42,623 nucleotides of DNA from the NCBI GenBank assembly GCA_045656845.1, contig JAZORX010000072.1, positions 1 through 42,623 of the forward strand, given 5' to 3'. Shown here piece after piece: positions 1 through 10,700 of this stretch. Every line of letters begins with the position of its first letter. Position 1 is the first letter of the stretch. This stretch comes from Acutalibacteraceae bacterium. Its GTDB lineage: Bacteria > Bacillota > Clostridia > Oscillospirales > Acutalibacteraceae. Made by a program: the position numbers and the translations under genes. The notes beneath the pieces were generated by a model. That model was not told the origin of the DNA. It saw only the letters and a list, made by a program, of their open reading frames with translations, and did no database searches.

Positions 1-114
1 AAGTCACACATCCTTAACAAGAAGACAACAAAGCGTAAAAGAGGTCTTCGTCAGACAGTTGTTGCTGACACAACAAACGTTAAGCAGATCAAGCGTTTGA
101 TTCCTTACAAATAA
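1..114 (+). CDS. rpmI: 50S ribosomal protein L35, 3' end (partial; start lies upstream of the window)
   Basis: Frame 1 reads KSHILNKKTTKRKRGLRQTVVADTTNVKQIKRLIPYK-stop, a typical basic L35 C-terminus. It lies immediately upstream of rplT, as in the conserved infC-rpmI-rplT operon. Confidence 0.85.
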   Translation, partial: KSHILNKKTTKRKRGLRQTVVADTTNVKQIKRLIPYK

Positions 115-173
115 GAACGTGCTGCTTACGGCAGCAAAAGCTAATTAAATTTTAAAATTGGAGGTAACTTACC

Positions 174-530
174 ATGGCTCGTATTAAAGGCGCTACCATG
201 ACTCGTAAGAGAAGAAATAAAGTAATGAAAATGGCTAAGGGCTACTATGGCTCAAAGTCAAGTCTTTTCAAAACTGCTAAGCAGGCAGTTATGAAGTCCG
301 GACAGTATGCATATGTCGGACGTAAGCAGAAGAAGCGCGACTTCCGTCGTCTTTGGATCACAAGAATTTCAGCAGCTTGCAAGATGAACGGCATGAACTA
401 TTCAACATTCATGAACGGCCTTAACAAGGCAGGCATCACACTTAACCGTAAGATGCTTTCAGAGATCGCAATCGCTGATCCTGCTGCATTCACAGCTCTC
501 ACAGAGAAGGCTAAGGCAGCTCTTAAATAA
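174..530 (+). CDS. rplT: 50S ribosomal protein L20
   Basis: 118-aa basic protein [17 protein letters not shown]...FRRLWITRI, full-length L20-like. GGAGG lies 7 nt upstream of the ATG. Confidence 0.97.
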   Translation: MARIKGATMTRKRRNKVMKMAKGYYGSKSSLFKTAKQAVMKSGQYAYVGRKQKKRDFRRLWITRISAACKMNGMNYSTFMNGLNKAGITLNRKMLSEIAIADPAAFTALTEKAKAALK

Positions 531-541
531 TAAGCTTATAT

Positions 542-579
542 CACGCCCCTGAGATATGGGGGCGTGAATTTGTCTTTTT
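542..579 (+). terminator. Intrinsic terminator after rplT
   Basis: Stem cacgcccc (542-549) pairs with ggggcgtg (559-566), followed by a T-rich tail tttgtcttttt. Confidence 0.8.
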
Positions 580-646
580 ATAAGTAACACAGTGCGAGTG
601 TTTTTAACCCAGAAGGGCAATGATTTTTTGAAAAGGAGTGCTGAAA

Positions 647-1435
647 ATGGAACAGTTGACTGCTAAGCAGAATGAAAAAATCAAGGCTGCCGTCAGCGTT
701 CGCGACAGTGCAAAAGTCCGTCGCGAATCAGGATTATTCTTCCTTGAGGGCGCGCGTCTTTGCGCAGATGCGGCTGAAAATAATGTTACCATTGTCAGGG
801 CTTTTTTCACTGCAAAGGCTCTGGAAAAGTATACCTCCTACGCTGAAAAGATTATTGCAAAGGCGCAGGAAACTTTCGGAATAAGCGAAGAAATTTCTTC
901 AAAGCTTTCAGATACTCAGAATCCGCAAGGCGTTTTCTGCATCTGTTCTGCTCCGGCAAGACAGGCTGAAACTGCAGAAATCAACCTTCAGGGAAAGTAT
1001 ATTTTTCTTGAAAATGTTCAGGATCCTTCAAACCTTGGTGCCGTCTCCAGAACGGCTGAAGCGCTCGGAATTGACGGTCTGATAGTCTGTGGTGGATGCG
1101 ATGTTTACAACCCGAAGGCACTCAGAGCATCTATGGGCTCTGCATTGAGATTGCCCGTATATGTCTGCGACGATGCCGTAAAGCTTCTCGAAAGTCTTGG
1201 ACGAAAAGGTATGCTCACTCTCGCTTCAACTCCCGATAGCTCGGCAGAACTCATAACACAGGTTGAAATGACGGGTGGCGTAGTCTGTGTTGTCGGCAAT
1301 GAAGGGAACGGTGTTACCTGCGAAACGATGTCTGCTTGCTGTAAAAGGATAACAATTCCTATGGACGGCAGGGCAGAGTCGCTGAATGCATCAACTGCAG
1401 CGGCAATTCTTATCTGGGAGATGGTCAGAAAATGA
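647..1435 (+). CDS. TrmH/SpoU-family RNA 2'-O-methyltransferase
   Basis: C-terminal SpoU motifs VVGNEGNGV and ESLNASTAAAILIWE. I chose the ATG at 647 (AAGGAG 8 nt upstream) over the tracked GTG at 638, which overlaps the RBS. Confidence 0.85.
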   Translation: MEQLTAKQNEKIKAAVSVRDSAKVRRESGLFFLEGARLCADAAENNVTIVRAFFTAKALEKYTSYAEKIIAKAQETFGISEEISSKLSDTQNPQGVFCICSAPARQAETAEINLQGKYIFLENVQDPSNLGAVSRTAEALGIDGLIVCGGCDVYNPKALRASMGSALRLPVYVCDDAVKLLESLGRKGMLTLASTPDSSAELITQVEMTGGVVCVVGNEGNGVTCETMSACCKRITIPMDGRAESLNASTAAAILIWEMVRK

Positions 1436-2616
1436 GCGACAGAATTTATTGGATCTGGCTTCAGCAGACTCTTGGGATCAGCTCAAGCATAAAGACAGAT
1501 GAGATTTTTTCATATTTCGGCTCAGCAAAGGCTTTGTATTATGCAGGTGAAAATGAGTGGCGTCTTTCAGGAGTTTTCACTCCTAAGCAGATATCAAAGC
1601 TCGCAAATCAGGATTTGACAAGAGCTAAGAATATATTTGACACCTGCGTTAAAAATAATTGGCAAATGGTTACGCCGAATGACGGGGATTATCCGTCTCT
1701 GCTTTTCAAATTGCCTAATTTTCCCATGGTTTTATATTACAGTGGAGATTTAGACTGTTTGAAAAACAAAATATCCATTGCCGTTGTCGGCACAAGAGAG
1801 CCGACGGTTAACAGCTCAAGAGCTGCAAGGTCTCTTTCTGCATCGCTTACCCGTTCGGGTGCGTTGGTTGTCAGCGGAGGAGCTTTGGGTATCGATGCGA
1901 TGTCGCATCAGGGCGCTCTTGATGCAGGCGGAAAGACGGTTGCAGTCCTTGGTTGTGGATTGGATTGTTCCTATCCGGTTGCTAATGCTGCACTTCGCCG
2001 TCAGATTGAAAAGAACGGAGTGCTTGTAACGGAGTATCCTCCGGGAACTCAGGCAACTGCAAGAAATTTTCCGATACGAAACAGAATTATTTCGGGACTT
2101 TCGCATGGTACTGTTGTTATTGAAGCAGGCGAAAGAAGCGGTTCGCTGATAACTGCTAACTATGCTCTTGAGCAGGGCAGAGAGGTTTTTGCCGTGCCGG
2201 GGGAGATTATTTTCAGCTGCTTCACGGGCACCAACAAGCTTATCCGTGACGGAGCAAAACCCGTCTTTAATGCATATGATGTACTCAGCAGTTTCCTGAT
2301 AACTCATCCTGAGTTGCTCGAGCTGAGTAAAATCGAAACAGAGCTGACTGTATCGGAAGCTCCGGTTCATCAGAAAGAAGACAGAAAGCCTTCAAAGCAG
2401 AAGGTTGAAGAAAAAGCGCAGAGAAAGCCTGAGCCTGATGGCTTGAGCGAAAATGCGCGTAAGATTTACAATGCTTTTGAATCCTGCGAAATGCAGATGG
2501 AAGATTTGATTATGAAAACAGGTCTTGGCGTCAGCGCCTTTGCCTGTGCAATGACCGAGCTTGAGCTTTTCGATCTTGTTGAGCTCAGAGCAGGTAAAAA
2601 CTATAAACTGAAATAG
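1432..2616 (+). CDS. dprA: DNA-processing protein DprA (Smf) with charged linker and C-terminal winged-helix-like tail
   Basis: Rossmann-like DprA core: VVGTREPT, SGGALGIDAMSHQGAL, FPIRNRIISGLS, VIEAGERSGSLITA. ATGA overlap with the upstream gene. Conserved dprA-topA-trmFO order. Confidence 0.9.
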   Translation: MSDRIYWIWLQQTLGISSSIKTDEIFSYFGSAKALYYAGENEWRLSGVFTPKQISKLANQDLTRAKNIFDTCVKNNWQMVTPNDGDYPSLLFKLPNFPMVLYYSGDLDCLKNKISIAVVGTREPTVNSSRAARSLSASLTRSGALVVSGGALGIDAMSHQGALDAGGKTVAVLGCGLDCSYPVANAALRRQIEKNGVLVTEYPPGTQATARNFPIRNRIISGLSHGTVVIEAGERSGSLITANYALEQGREVFAVPGEIIFSCFTGTNKLIRDGAKPVFNAYDVLSSFLITHPELLELSKIETELTVSEAPVHQKEDRKPSKQKVEEKAQRKPEPDGLSENARKIYNAFESCEMQMEDLIMKTGLGVSAFACAMTELELFDLVELRAGKNYKLK

Positions 2617-2630
2617 GATGATAGAACAAT

Positions 2631-4745
2631 ATGTCAAAGCTTATTATCGTGGAGTCACCTACAAAGGTTAAGACAATAAAAAAATACCTCGGAAAGGATT
2701 TTGATGTTACCGCATCTATGGGACATGTCCGTGATCTCCCTGCAGCAAAGCTCAGCGTTGATATCAAAAACGACTTTGCCCCGAAATATTCCATAATCAA
2801 AGGAAAGGAAAAACTCGTCAAGGAGCTTAAGGCTAAGGTTGCTGAAAGCGACGAGATTTTTCTCGCAACTGACCCGGACCGTGAGGGTGAAGCGATTTCG
2901 TGGCATCTTGCAACCTTGCTCGATATTGATATGAGCAAGGCAAACAGAATTACTTTCAATGAAATCACAAAGACGGGTGTTGAAAACGGAATGAAAGCAC
3001 CTCGTTCGATCGATATGGATCTTGTCAATGCGCAGCAGGCAAGGCGTATCCTTGACCGTCTCGTTGGTTATAAACTGAGTCCGTTCATTTCTCAGAAAAT
3101 CCGCAGAGGTCTTTCTGCAGGACGAGTTCAGTCAGTTGCCGTTAAGCTCGTTGTAGACAGAGAAAACGAGATCCGTGCATTCGTTCCCGAAGAGTACTGG
3201 TCACTTGATGCAAAGTTTATCGCACCTTGCAGAAAGAGCTTTTCAGCTTCGTTCTATGGTGATGAAAGCGGCAAGGTTAAGATTACAAACAAAGAGCAGG
3301 CTGATTCATACCTTGAACGCCTTGACGGTGCAAAGTACAGCGTACTCTCAATCAAAAAAGGTACAAAAAAGAAGAATCCCGCACCTCCGTTTATCACATC
3401 AACTCTTCAGCAGGAAGCATCACGCAGAATGGGCTTCCAGGCTCAGAGAACGATGCGTACAGCTCAGGAGCTTTACGAAGGTGTTGATGTTGCAGGAATA
3501 GGCACAACGGGTCTTATAACATATATGAGAACAGACTCTCTTCGAATTTCTGAAGAAGCAAGAGCACTTGCAAACACATTTATCACGGATAATTACGGCT
3601 CAAAGTATCTTCCCGAGAAGCCGAGATATTATAAATCAAGAAGTAATGCTCAGGACGGTCACGAAGCAATCCGTCCGACAAATCCGATGCTCACCCCTGA
3701 CAAAGTAAAGGGTAGTCTTACATCAGACCAGTATAAGCTTTATACTCTTATCTGGAAACGCTTTATCGCAAGCATTATGGCCAGCTGTATCCTCAACACT
3801 GTAAAGGCTGAAATCAAGGCTGAGACGGAAGGTAAGGAAGGCTATTGCCTTTTCAATGCATCAGGCTTCAGTGTGAAGTTTGATGGTTACACAGCTCTTT
3901 ATGAGGAGAGCACGGATGAGGAAGAAGAGGATGCTTCAAAGCTTCCCGAGCTCAACGAAGGCGATAAGCTCAAGCTCAAGGAGCTTACGGGCAATCAGCA
4001 TTTCACTCAGCCTCCGTCAAGATATACGGAAGCTTCACTCATTAAGGCTCTTGAAGAAAACGGCATCGGCAGACCGAGCACCTATGCTACTATTATTTCT
4101 ACAATCGTAAAAAGAGAGTATATCAAGCGTCAGCAGAAGCAGCTTACTCCGACAGAGCTCGGCGAAGCAATCACAAACCTTCTTAAAGAAAAATTCCCGA
4201 AAATCGTTAATACAAAATTCACGGCAGGAATGGAAACAAACCTCGACGAAGTAGGCGAAGGTAACCTTGATTATATCGCAATGCTTCATGAATTTTACGA
4301 TGAGTTTGAAAACACTCTTCAGAAGGCAAAGGCTGATATGAAAGATGTCAAGATTCAGCTTGAAGAGGATATGACGGATATTCCGTGCGAAAAGTGCGGA
4401 AGAATGATGGTAATCAAAAAAGGCAGATTCGGTAAATTCCTTGCTTGCCCCGGTTATCCTGAATGTAAAAACGCAAAGCCTCTCGTTATGCAGACCAATG
4501 CTAAATGTCCTAAGTGCGGTGGCGAGGTTGTAGAGAAAAAGTCAAAGAAGGGCTTCACATTCTTCGGATGCGGAAATTGGCCGAATTGTGACTTTATGAC
4601 ATGGGATAAGCCGACTGACGACAAGTGCCCTCAGTGCGGAAAGTCTCTTTTCAAACGCAAGGGAGGACTCACTGTCTGCCTTGATGAAGCTTGTGGATAC
4701 GAAAAGAAAACAGAAAGAAAATCAAGAAAAAAAGCAGAGGAATAA
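2631..4745 (+). CDS. topA: DNA topoisomerase I (type IA) with three C-terminal Zn ribbons
   Basis: Toprim start LIIVESPTKVKTIKKYLG, active-site region TYMRTDS, and three CxxC...CxxC ribbons at the C-terminus. Confidence 0.97.
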   Translation: MSKLIIVESPTKVKTIKKYLGKDFDVTASMGHVRDLPAAKLSVDIKNDFAPKYSIIKGKEKLVKELKAKVAESDEIFLATDPDREGEAISWHLATLLDIDMSKANRITFNEITKTGVENGMKAPRSIDMDLVNAQQARRILDRLVGYKLSPFISQKIRRGLSAGRVQSVAVKLVVDRENEIRAFVPEEYWSLDAKFIAPCRKSFSASFYGDESGKVKITNKEQADSYLERLDGAKYSVLSIKKGTKKKNPAPPFITSTLQQEASRRMGFQAQRTMRTAQELYEGVDVAGIGTTGLITYMRTDSLRISEEARALANTFITDNYGSKYLPEKPRYYKSRSNAQDGHEAIRPTNPMLTPDKVKGSLTSDQYKLYTLIWKRFIASIMASCILNTVKAEIKAETEGKEGYCLFNASGFSVKFDGYTALYEESTDEEEEDASKLPELNEGDKLKLKELTGNQHFTQPPSRYTEASLIKALEENGIGRPSTYATIISTIVKREYIKRQQKQLTPTELGEAITNLLKEKFPKIVNTKFTAGMETNLDEVGEGNLDYIAMLHEFYDEFENTLQKAKADMKDVKIQLEEDMTDIPCEKCGRMMVIKKGRFGKFLACPGYPECKNAKPLVMQTNAKCPKCGGEVVEKKSKKGFTFFGCGNWPNCDFMTWDKPTDDKCPQCGKSLFKRKGGLTVCLDEACGYEKKTERKSRKKAEE

Positions 4746-4746
4746 T

Positions 4747-6072
4747 ATGAGCGACGTTCTTGTAATAGGTGGTGGCCTTGCAGGTGTTGAAGCTGCATGG
4801 GCGCTGGCAAACAACGGAATATCGGTAACAATAGCAGAGATGAAGCCGGAGAAGCGTTCTCCTGCGCACAAGAGTGATATGCTCGCAGAGCTTGTGTGTT
4901 CAAATTCTCTCAAGGCGCAGAGACTTGCTTCTGCGGCAGGTCTTCTTAAAGCAGAGATGGAGCTTTTAGGATCGGTCTGCGTTGAATGTGCTAAGGCTTG
5001 CAGTGTCCCTGCAGGTGGCGCATTGGCAGTAGACAGAGACGATTTTTCTCGGATGGTGACTGAAAAAATCAAAAATCATCCTCTTATAACTGTCGAGTGC
5101 AGAGAGGTAACCAAAATCCCTGAGGGTAATGTTATCGTTGCTGCAGGTCCTCTTGCTTCAGATGCACTTGCAGATGATATCAAGGCTCTTTGCGGAGGCT
5201 CACTCAGCTTTTTCGATGCAGCAGCACCGATTGTAACAGACGAAAGTATAGATAAATCCTGCGCATTTACTCAGTCACGATACGACAGAGGCGGTGAGGA
5301 CGACTATCTTAACTGTCCGATGAATAAGGAAGAGTACGAAACCTTCTATAACGAGCTTGTCAATGCAGAGTCAGCCGAGCTTCATTCTTTCGACAAGAAA
5401 AAAGGTGTATATGAAGGCTGTATGCCAATTGGGGTTATGGCTTCAAGAGGTGCAGACACTATGCGTTTCGGGCCTCTTAAACCCGTCGGTCTCAGAGACC
5501 CGAGGACGGGTCACAGACCGTGGGCTGTGCTTCAGCTCAGAAGAGAAGATGCAAGCGGCACGATGTATAACCTTGTAGGTTTTCAGACCAATCTTAAGTT
5601 TGGTGAGCAGAAGAGAGTTTTCTCTTTGATTCCTGCTCTTAAAAATGCCGAGTTTATCCGTTACGGAGTTATGCACAGAAATACATTCATCGATTCTCCC
5701 CGTCATCTTAACAGTGACTTTTCATTCAGGGGAAGAAAGGGTCTTTATTTCGCAGGGCAGATAACGGGTGTTGAAGGCTATATGGAGTCAGCAGCATCAG
5801 GCATTCTCGCAGGTCTTAATATGGCGAGATACCTCAAGGGTGATGAGCCGATAAAGCTTCCTGAAATCACGATGCTCGGTGCGCTTTCAAACTATATCAG
5901 CAACGAATCTGTTGAAAATTTCCAGCCTATGGGCGCAAATTTCGGAATAATCCCTGCGCTTGATGAGCTGATAAGAGATAAAAAATTGCGTTACGAAGCT
6001 CTCGCACAGAGAAGCCTCGGATATTATAAAAAATTACTCTCTGAAGAAAGGAGAGGTGAAGATGAAGAATAA
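4747..6072 (+). CDS. trmFO: Methylenetetrahydrofolate--tRNA-(uracil-5-)-methyltransferase TrmFO
   Basis: MSDVLVIGGGLAGVEAAW FAD fold and TrmFO/Gid-like body. The start is moved to the ATG at 4747, one nt after the topA stop. The tracked start at 4681 would overlap topA by 65 nt. Confidence 0.94.
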   Translation: MSDVLVIGGGLAGVEAAWALANNGISVTIAEMKPEKRSPAHKSDMLAELVCSNSLKAQRLASAAGLLKAEMELLGSVCVECAKACSVPAGGALAVDRDDFSRMVTEKIKNHPLITVECREVTKIPEGNVIVAAGPLASDALADDIKALCGGSLSFFDAAAPIVTDESIDKSCAFTQSRYDRGGEDDYLNCPMNKEEYETFYNELVNAESAELHSFDKKKGVYEGCMPIGVMASRGADTMRFGPLKPVGLRDPRTGHRPWAVLQLRREDASGTMYNLVGFQTNLKFGEQKRVFSLIPALKNAEFIRYGVMHRNTFIDSPRHLNSDFSFRGRKGLYFAGQITGVEGYMESAASGILAGLNMARYLKGDEPIKLPEITMLGALSNYISNESVENFQPMGANFGIIPALDELIRDKKLRYEALAQRSLGYYKKLLSEERRGEDEE

Positions 6073-6742
6073 TATAAAAGAGTTGCAGGAAAAGCTCGGC
6101 TATACATTCAACGATGAGTCAGTCCTTATCCGTGCACTTTCACATTCGTCATATGTCAATGAGAATCATTCTGCAGGCGATTCAAACGAAAGACTTGAAT
6201 TTCTCGGAGATTCCGTTCTGGGGCTTATAACTGCAGAGAATTTCTTTAAGAATTATAAAAATCTTCCCGAAGGCGAATTGACAAAGCTCAGAGCAGCGAC
6301 AGTATGCGAAAAGTCACTTGCAGGTTTTGCAAAGCAGCTTGAGCTCGGCAAATATCTGCTGCTCGGCAAAGGTGAAATACTTACGGGAGGAAGAGAGCGT
6401 CCGTCAATTCAGGCAGATGCATTTGAGGCAATCATTGCCGCAATTTATCTCGATGGGGGAATGGAAGCTGCAAGAGCTTTTGTTCTTAAATATATTGATG
6501 AAGCAATCAAGCGTCAGCAGTCTGTAAAGGATTATAAGACGATGCTTCAGGAGGTTGTTCAGAGAAATCCGGGCGAGCTTGTGGAATATGTTCTTGCAGG
6601 TGAAACGGGTCCTGACCACGATAAGAGATTTGAGGTTGAGGTACATCTCAATTCAAATGTAATCGGCAGAGGAATCGGCAGAAGCAAAAAGAGGGCCGAG
6701 CAGGAGGCTGCAAGGGAAGCCTTGGAGCTTATGGGTCTGTGA
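6062..6742 (+). CDS. rnc: Ribonuclease III
   Basis: RNase III signature ERLEFLGDSVL plus a C-terminal dsRBD (GPDHDKRFEVEV...SKKRAEQEAAREAL). ATG at 6062 lies 6 nt after GGAGAGG; the tracked GTG at 6056 abuts the RBS. Confidence 0.94.
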   Translation: MKNNIKELQEKLGYTFNDESVLIRALSHSSYVNENHSAGDSNERLEFLGDSVLGLITAENFFKNYKNLPEGELTKLRAATVCEKSLAGFAKQLELGKYLLLGKGEILTGGRERPSIQADAFEAIIAAIYLDGGMEAARAFVLKYIDEAIKRQQSVKDYKTMLQEVVQRNPGELVEYVLAGETGPDHDKRFEVEVHLNSNVIGRGIGRSKKRAEQEAAREALELMGL

Positions 6743-7746
6743 GGCATATAAATGTTGCGCTGTTTGTACCGCATAACGGTTGCCCGAACCAATGCTCGTT
6801 CTGCAATCAGCGTGCAATTTCAGGACACAGAAATCAGGTAGAGCTGTCAGATGTTGACAGAGCTGTGCAGATTGCCATGGAAAATCCCGAAAGCAAAGGT
6901 GGAGAAATCGCTTTTTTCGGAGGAAGCTTTACGGCTATTGAAAGAGAAACGATGGTTTCTCTTCTCTCTGCTGCGTATAAATATATTGAAAACGGCAGCT
7001 TCAGAGGGATACGCATTTCGACCAGACCCGATGCGATAGACGAAGAAATCTGTAAAATTCTTAAAAGCTATGGTGTTTCGGCTGTTGAGCTTGGTGCACA
7101 GAGCCTTGATGACAGAGTGCTGACGCTTAACAAAAGAGGCCATACGGCAGAGGATATTGTGAAAGCGACGAGGCTTCTTCAGAAAGAGGGCTTTGAAACG
7201 GGCTTACAGATGATGACGGGGCTTTACGGCTCAACGGATGAGGACAGCATTGAAACGGCTCGTAAAATTATAGAGCTTCAGCCCGATACAGTACGGATTT
7301 ATCCGACGGTCGTGCTTGAAAACACTCAGCTTTGCGACCTTTACAGAAGTGGGGAATATCATCCTCAGGGCGTTGAAGAGGCGGCAGAGGTCTGTGCTGT
7401 TCTGCTTGAAATGTTCCAAAAAGCAGGGATCAGGGTTATACGAACAGGTTTGCATTCAGGCGGAGATGTTGAGGGCGAATTTGTTGCAGGTGCTTATCAT
7501 CCTGCTTTCAAAGAAATCTGTGAAAGTAAGATTTACCTGAAAAAAGCAACGGAGTTTATCCGTCAGAATCAGATCCCTGAAGGCAAGATAGAAATCCGTG
7601 TGTCGCCTAAATCTGTTTCTCAGATGACGGGGCAGAAAAAAGCCAATATTCAGGCTCTGAGTGAGCTTGGGTATGAAGCAAAAGTAGTCACGGATGACAG
7701 TATTGAAAAATACAAAGTTTACATATTAAGGAATGAAACATTATGA
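6739..7746 (+). CDS. Radical SAM protein (ELP3/MiaB-like family, function unknown)
   Basis: CPNQCSFCN matches the CxxxCxxC motif near the N-terminus. GTG start overlaps the rnc stop, and the stop overlaps the smc ATG. Confidence 0.8.
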   Translation: MRHINVALFVPHNGCPNQCSFCNQRAISGHRNQVELSDVDRAVQIAMENPESKGGEIAFFGGSFTAIERETMVSLLSAAYKYIENGSFRGIRISTRPDAIDEEICKILKSYGVSAVELGAQSLDDRVLTLNKRGHTAEDIVKATRLLQKEGFETGLQMMTGLYGSTDEDSIETARKIIELQPDTVRIYPTVVLENTQLCDLYRSGEYHPQGVEEAAEVCAVLLEMFQKAGIRVIRTGLHSGGDVEGEFVAGAYHPAFKEICESKIYLKKATEFIRQNQIPEGKIEIRVSPKSVSQMTGQKKANIQALSELGYEAKVVTDDSIEKYKVYILRNETL

Positions 7747-10700
7747 GATTAAAAGCACTCGAAATGCAGGGCTTCAAATCGTTCCCTGACAAGACAGTTT
7801 TTAATTTTAACCACGGAATGACGGCTGTCGTCGGCCCTAACGGCTCAGGTAAGAGTAACATTGCCGATGCTGTGCGTTGGGTTCTCGGTGAGCAGTCAAC
7901 CAAAAATCTTCGTGGTTCAAAGATGGAAGATGTTATCTTCGGAGGAACAAAAATCCGTAAGGCTCTCGGCTTTGCTGAGGTTACTCTGAAGCTTGATAAT
8001 TCAGACAGAAGTCTTAATAATTGCGACAAGGATGAAGTTTCCGTAACCCGTCGCTATTACCGTTCGGGTGAGAGCGACTATATGCTTAACGGTGCTGTCG
8101 TAAGACTTCGTGATATCCACGAGCTGTTTATGGATACGGGTCTTGGTCGTGACGGTTATTCTCTCGTCAGCCAGGGCAGGATTGCTGACCTCATTTCTTC
8201 AAAGTCGGGTCAGCGCCGTGAAATGCTCGAGGAGGCTGCTGGAATTTCACATTTCCGTTACCGCAGAAACGATGCAAACAGAAAGCTTGCTCAGGCTGAG
8301 GAAAATCTCATCCGTTTAAGAGATATTCTTTCAGAGCTTGAAAGCCGTGTCGGCCCCTTGAAGGTGCAGAGCGAAAAGGCACAGAAGTTTCTCGTTCTTG
8401 CTGCTGAAAAGAAGGAGCTCGAAATCGGTCTCTGGCTTAATACTATCGAAACTTCAAAAACAAAGCTTCGTGAGCAGGAAGATAAGCTTTCAATCGCTCA
8501 GGCTCAGTATGATGGTATCGAAGCTGCTTTGAATGTCATCGAGCAGGAAACAGAAACAATATTTGCAAAAAATCAGGAAATCACCGTGCGCATAGATAAT
8601 CTTCGGATGAACGCTACTTCTTATGAGGAGCAGGCAGTTCATATCGACGGTGAAATTTCTGTTGAGAAAAATACAATTCTTCATAACAATCAGACAATCG
8701 AGCGTATCCGTCGCGATATGACGGATGCAGCAGACAGTGAAAAGGGTCTCAACGCAGAAATCGAAGAGTCAAAGAAAGAAATTGACGAGTTGCTCGAGGA
8801 AATTGCGTCAAAGAAGAATGAACTTGATCTTGCAGCTGCAGATATTGCAAAAGCAAGGCTTGAAAACAGCGAGTTTTCAGATAAAATCGCAGACCTTTCA
8901 CAGAAGATTACTGAAATCACAAATAAGATTGCCGATAAGCGAATTGAAGAAACGACGGCAAACTCTTCCATTGAAGAAATTATGGGCAGAGTCAGCAACA
9001 TTGACGGTGTTCTTTCCACAAGAAACGGTTATATCACCGAGCTTGAAGGTAAGAAAAACGAGTGTCAGGCAGAGCTTGACAAGCTCAAGGAAGAGGAAAC
9101 GCAGATTATGAATGCCGTTTCAGGCTATAATATGCGTGTTCAGAGCCGTGAAGAAAAGGCTGAAAAGCTCAAGAACGAGATTGACGCCCGTGGTCTTGAT
9201 ATTCTTCAGAAGAAAGATAAAATCCGTATTCTTGACGAAATGGAAAAGAATATGGAGGGTTATTCGGGTGCAGTCAAGTCGATTGTTCGTGAAGCAAAGG
9301 GCGGAATGCTCCGTGGTATTCACGGCCCGTTGTCTCAGCTTATAAATGTAAGCGACAGGTATGCGATTGCAGTTGAAACGGCTCTCGGTGCTGCTATTCA
9401 GAATATCGTTACAGACAATGAAAACGATGCTAAGCGTGCAATCAACTTCCTTAAAGAGAAAAAGAGTGGTCGGGCAACCTTCCTTCCTCTGACGGCTATC
9501 AAAGCGAAGCCGTTTACGGAAAAAGGTCTTGATGATTGCTATGGTTTTATCGATATGGCTGATATGCTTCTTGATTATGAAGAGAAGTACAGCGAGGTTA
9601 TTAAGTCTCTTCTTGCACGCACGGCAGTTGCAGAGGATCTTGACAGTGCGATTGCAATCGCCAAGAAGTACGACTACCGTTTCAAAATCGTTACTCTTGA
9701 CGGTCAGGTTGTCAATGCAGGCGGTTCAATGACAGGTGGTTCAAGAGGACACAACGCAGGTATCCTCAGCCGAGGAAATGAAATCGACAAGCTCAATGCT
9801 CAGATAAAGGAGCTTTCTGCTCAGCAGCAGATAAGTCAGGAAGAGTATAAAAAGCTCAGCGAGGAGCTTGCCCTTGTCAAGGCAGACCTTGACGCTTCGC
9901 AGGCAGACCTTAAGCGTACGCAGGAAGACGTTATCCGTAAGGAAAGCGAGTTTACCCTCATTGACGGTAAGCTTGACACTGCCAATGCAGCTCTTGAGGA
10001 GCTTCGCAGAGAGAAGCATAATGCAAACCTCCGAATCAGCGACCTTGACGAGCTCAAGGCTAAAGCTCAGGCTGAAATTGACGAATACAACAAAGAGCTT
10101 GGTTCTTTGCAGGCAGATCTCGATGTCGTAACACACGGCAGGGAACAGCTTGACGAAAAGAGAGAAAATCTCTCTCAGCTTGAAGCAAAAATTAACCTCG
10201 ATATCCTCGCATATGAAAAGGATATTCAGGCACGAAGAGAGGCTGTCGATCTTCTCATCAGGCGTATGGCAAGCCACGAAGGCAAGCTTGATGACCTCAA
10301 CGAGGAAATCGCAGTTATCGAAAACGCAAACAAAGAAATTGAAAATAAAATTATTGAGCTTGAAAAGAAGGCAGCAGACCTTCGTTCAATGGGCGCTCAG
10401 TCAAAGAGCGATGTTGAAGCTCTTATCAAGGAAAGAACAGAATGCGATGCGTTGAGTGTCAAACTTCGTTCTGAGGAGCGTATGAAGCTTGATGAGCGTG
10501 AAAAAATCAGCGGAGAGCTTGCCCGTCTTGAAGAGAGAAAGGAAACAATGCTCAAACAGCTCGATGATGCTGTGAATAAGCTCTACGATGAATATCAGCT
10601 TACAAAGAGTGAGGCTGAGGCTATGAACATCGTCATTGACGATTATCAGAAGGCTCATCGCACTTTGCAGGAAATCAAAGGAAAAATCCGTGCTCTCGGC

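Noticed and set aside
120-146. Hairpin tgctgc-ttacg-gcagca between rpmI and rplT
   Set aside because: It is a 6-bp stem with no T-tract, lying inside an operon that is normally co-transcribed. It is likely a minor mRNA structure and is not annotated as a terminator or regulator.
1816-2370. 184-aa - strand ORF inside dprA. Similar long antisense ORFs occur at 9741-10277, 11423-11977, 15932-16444, 18950-19417, 21222-21794, 22827-23237 and 24348-24719.
   Set aside because: All lie fully within strongly supported genes on the opposite strand. They have Ser/Leu/Arg-rich shadow-frame composition and lack start-site signals.
4681-4746. N-terminal extension of trmFO (MMKLVDTKRKQKENQEKKQRNN) from the ORF track
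   Set aside because: It overlaps the topA C-terminus in another frame. The canonical FAD-binding start MSDVLVIGGGLAG begins at the ATG at 4747, immediately after the topA stop.
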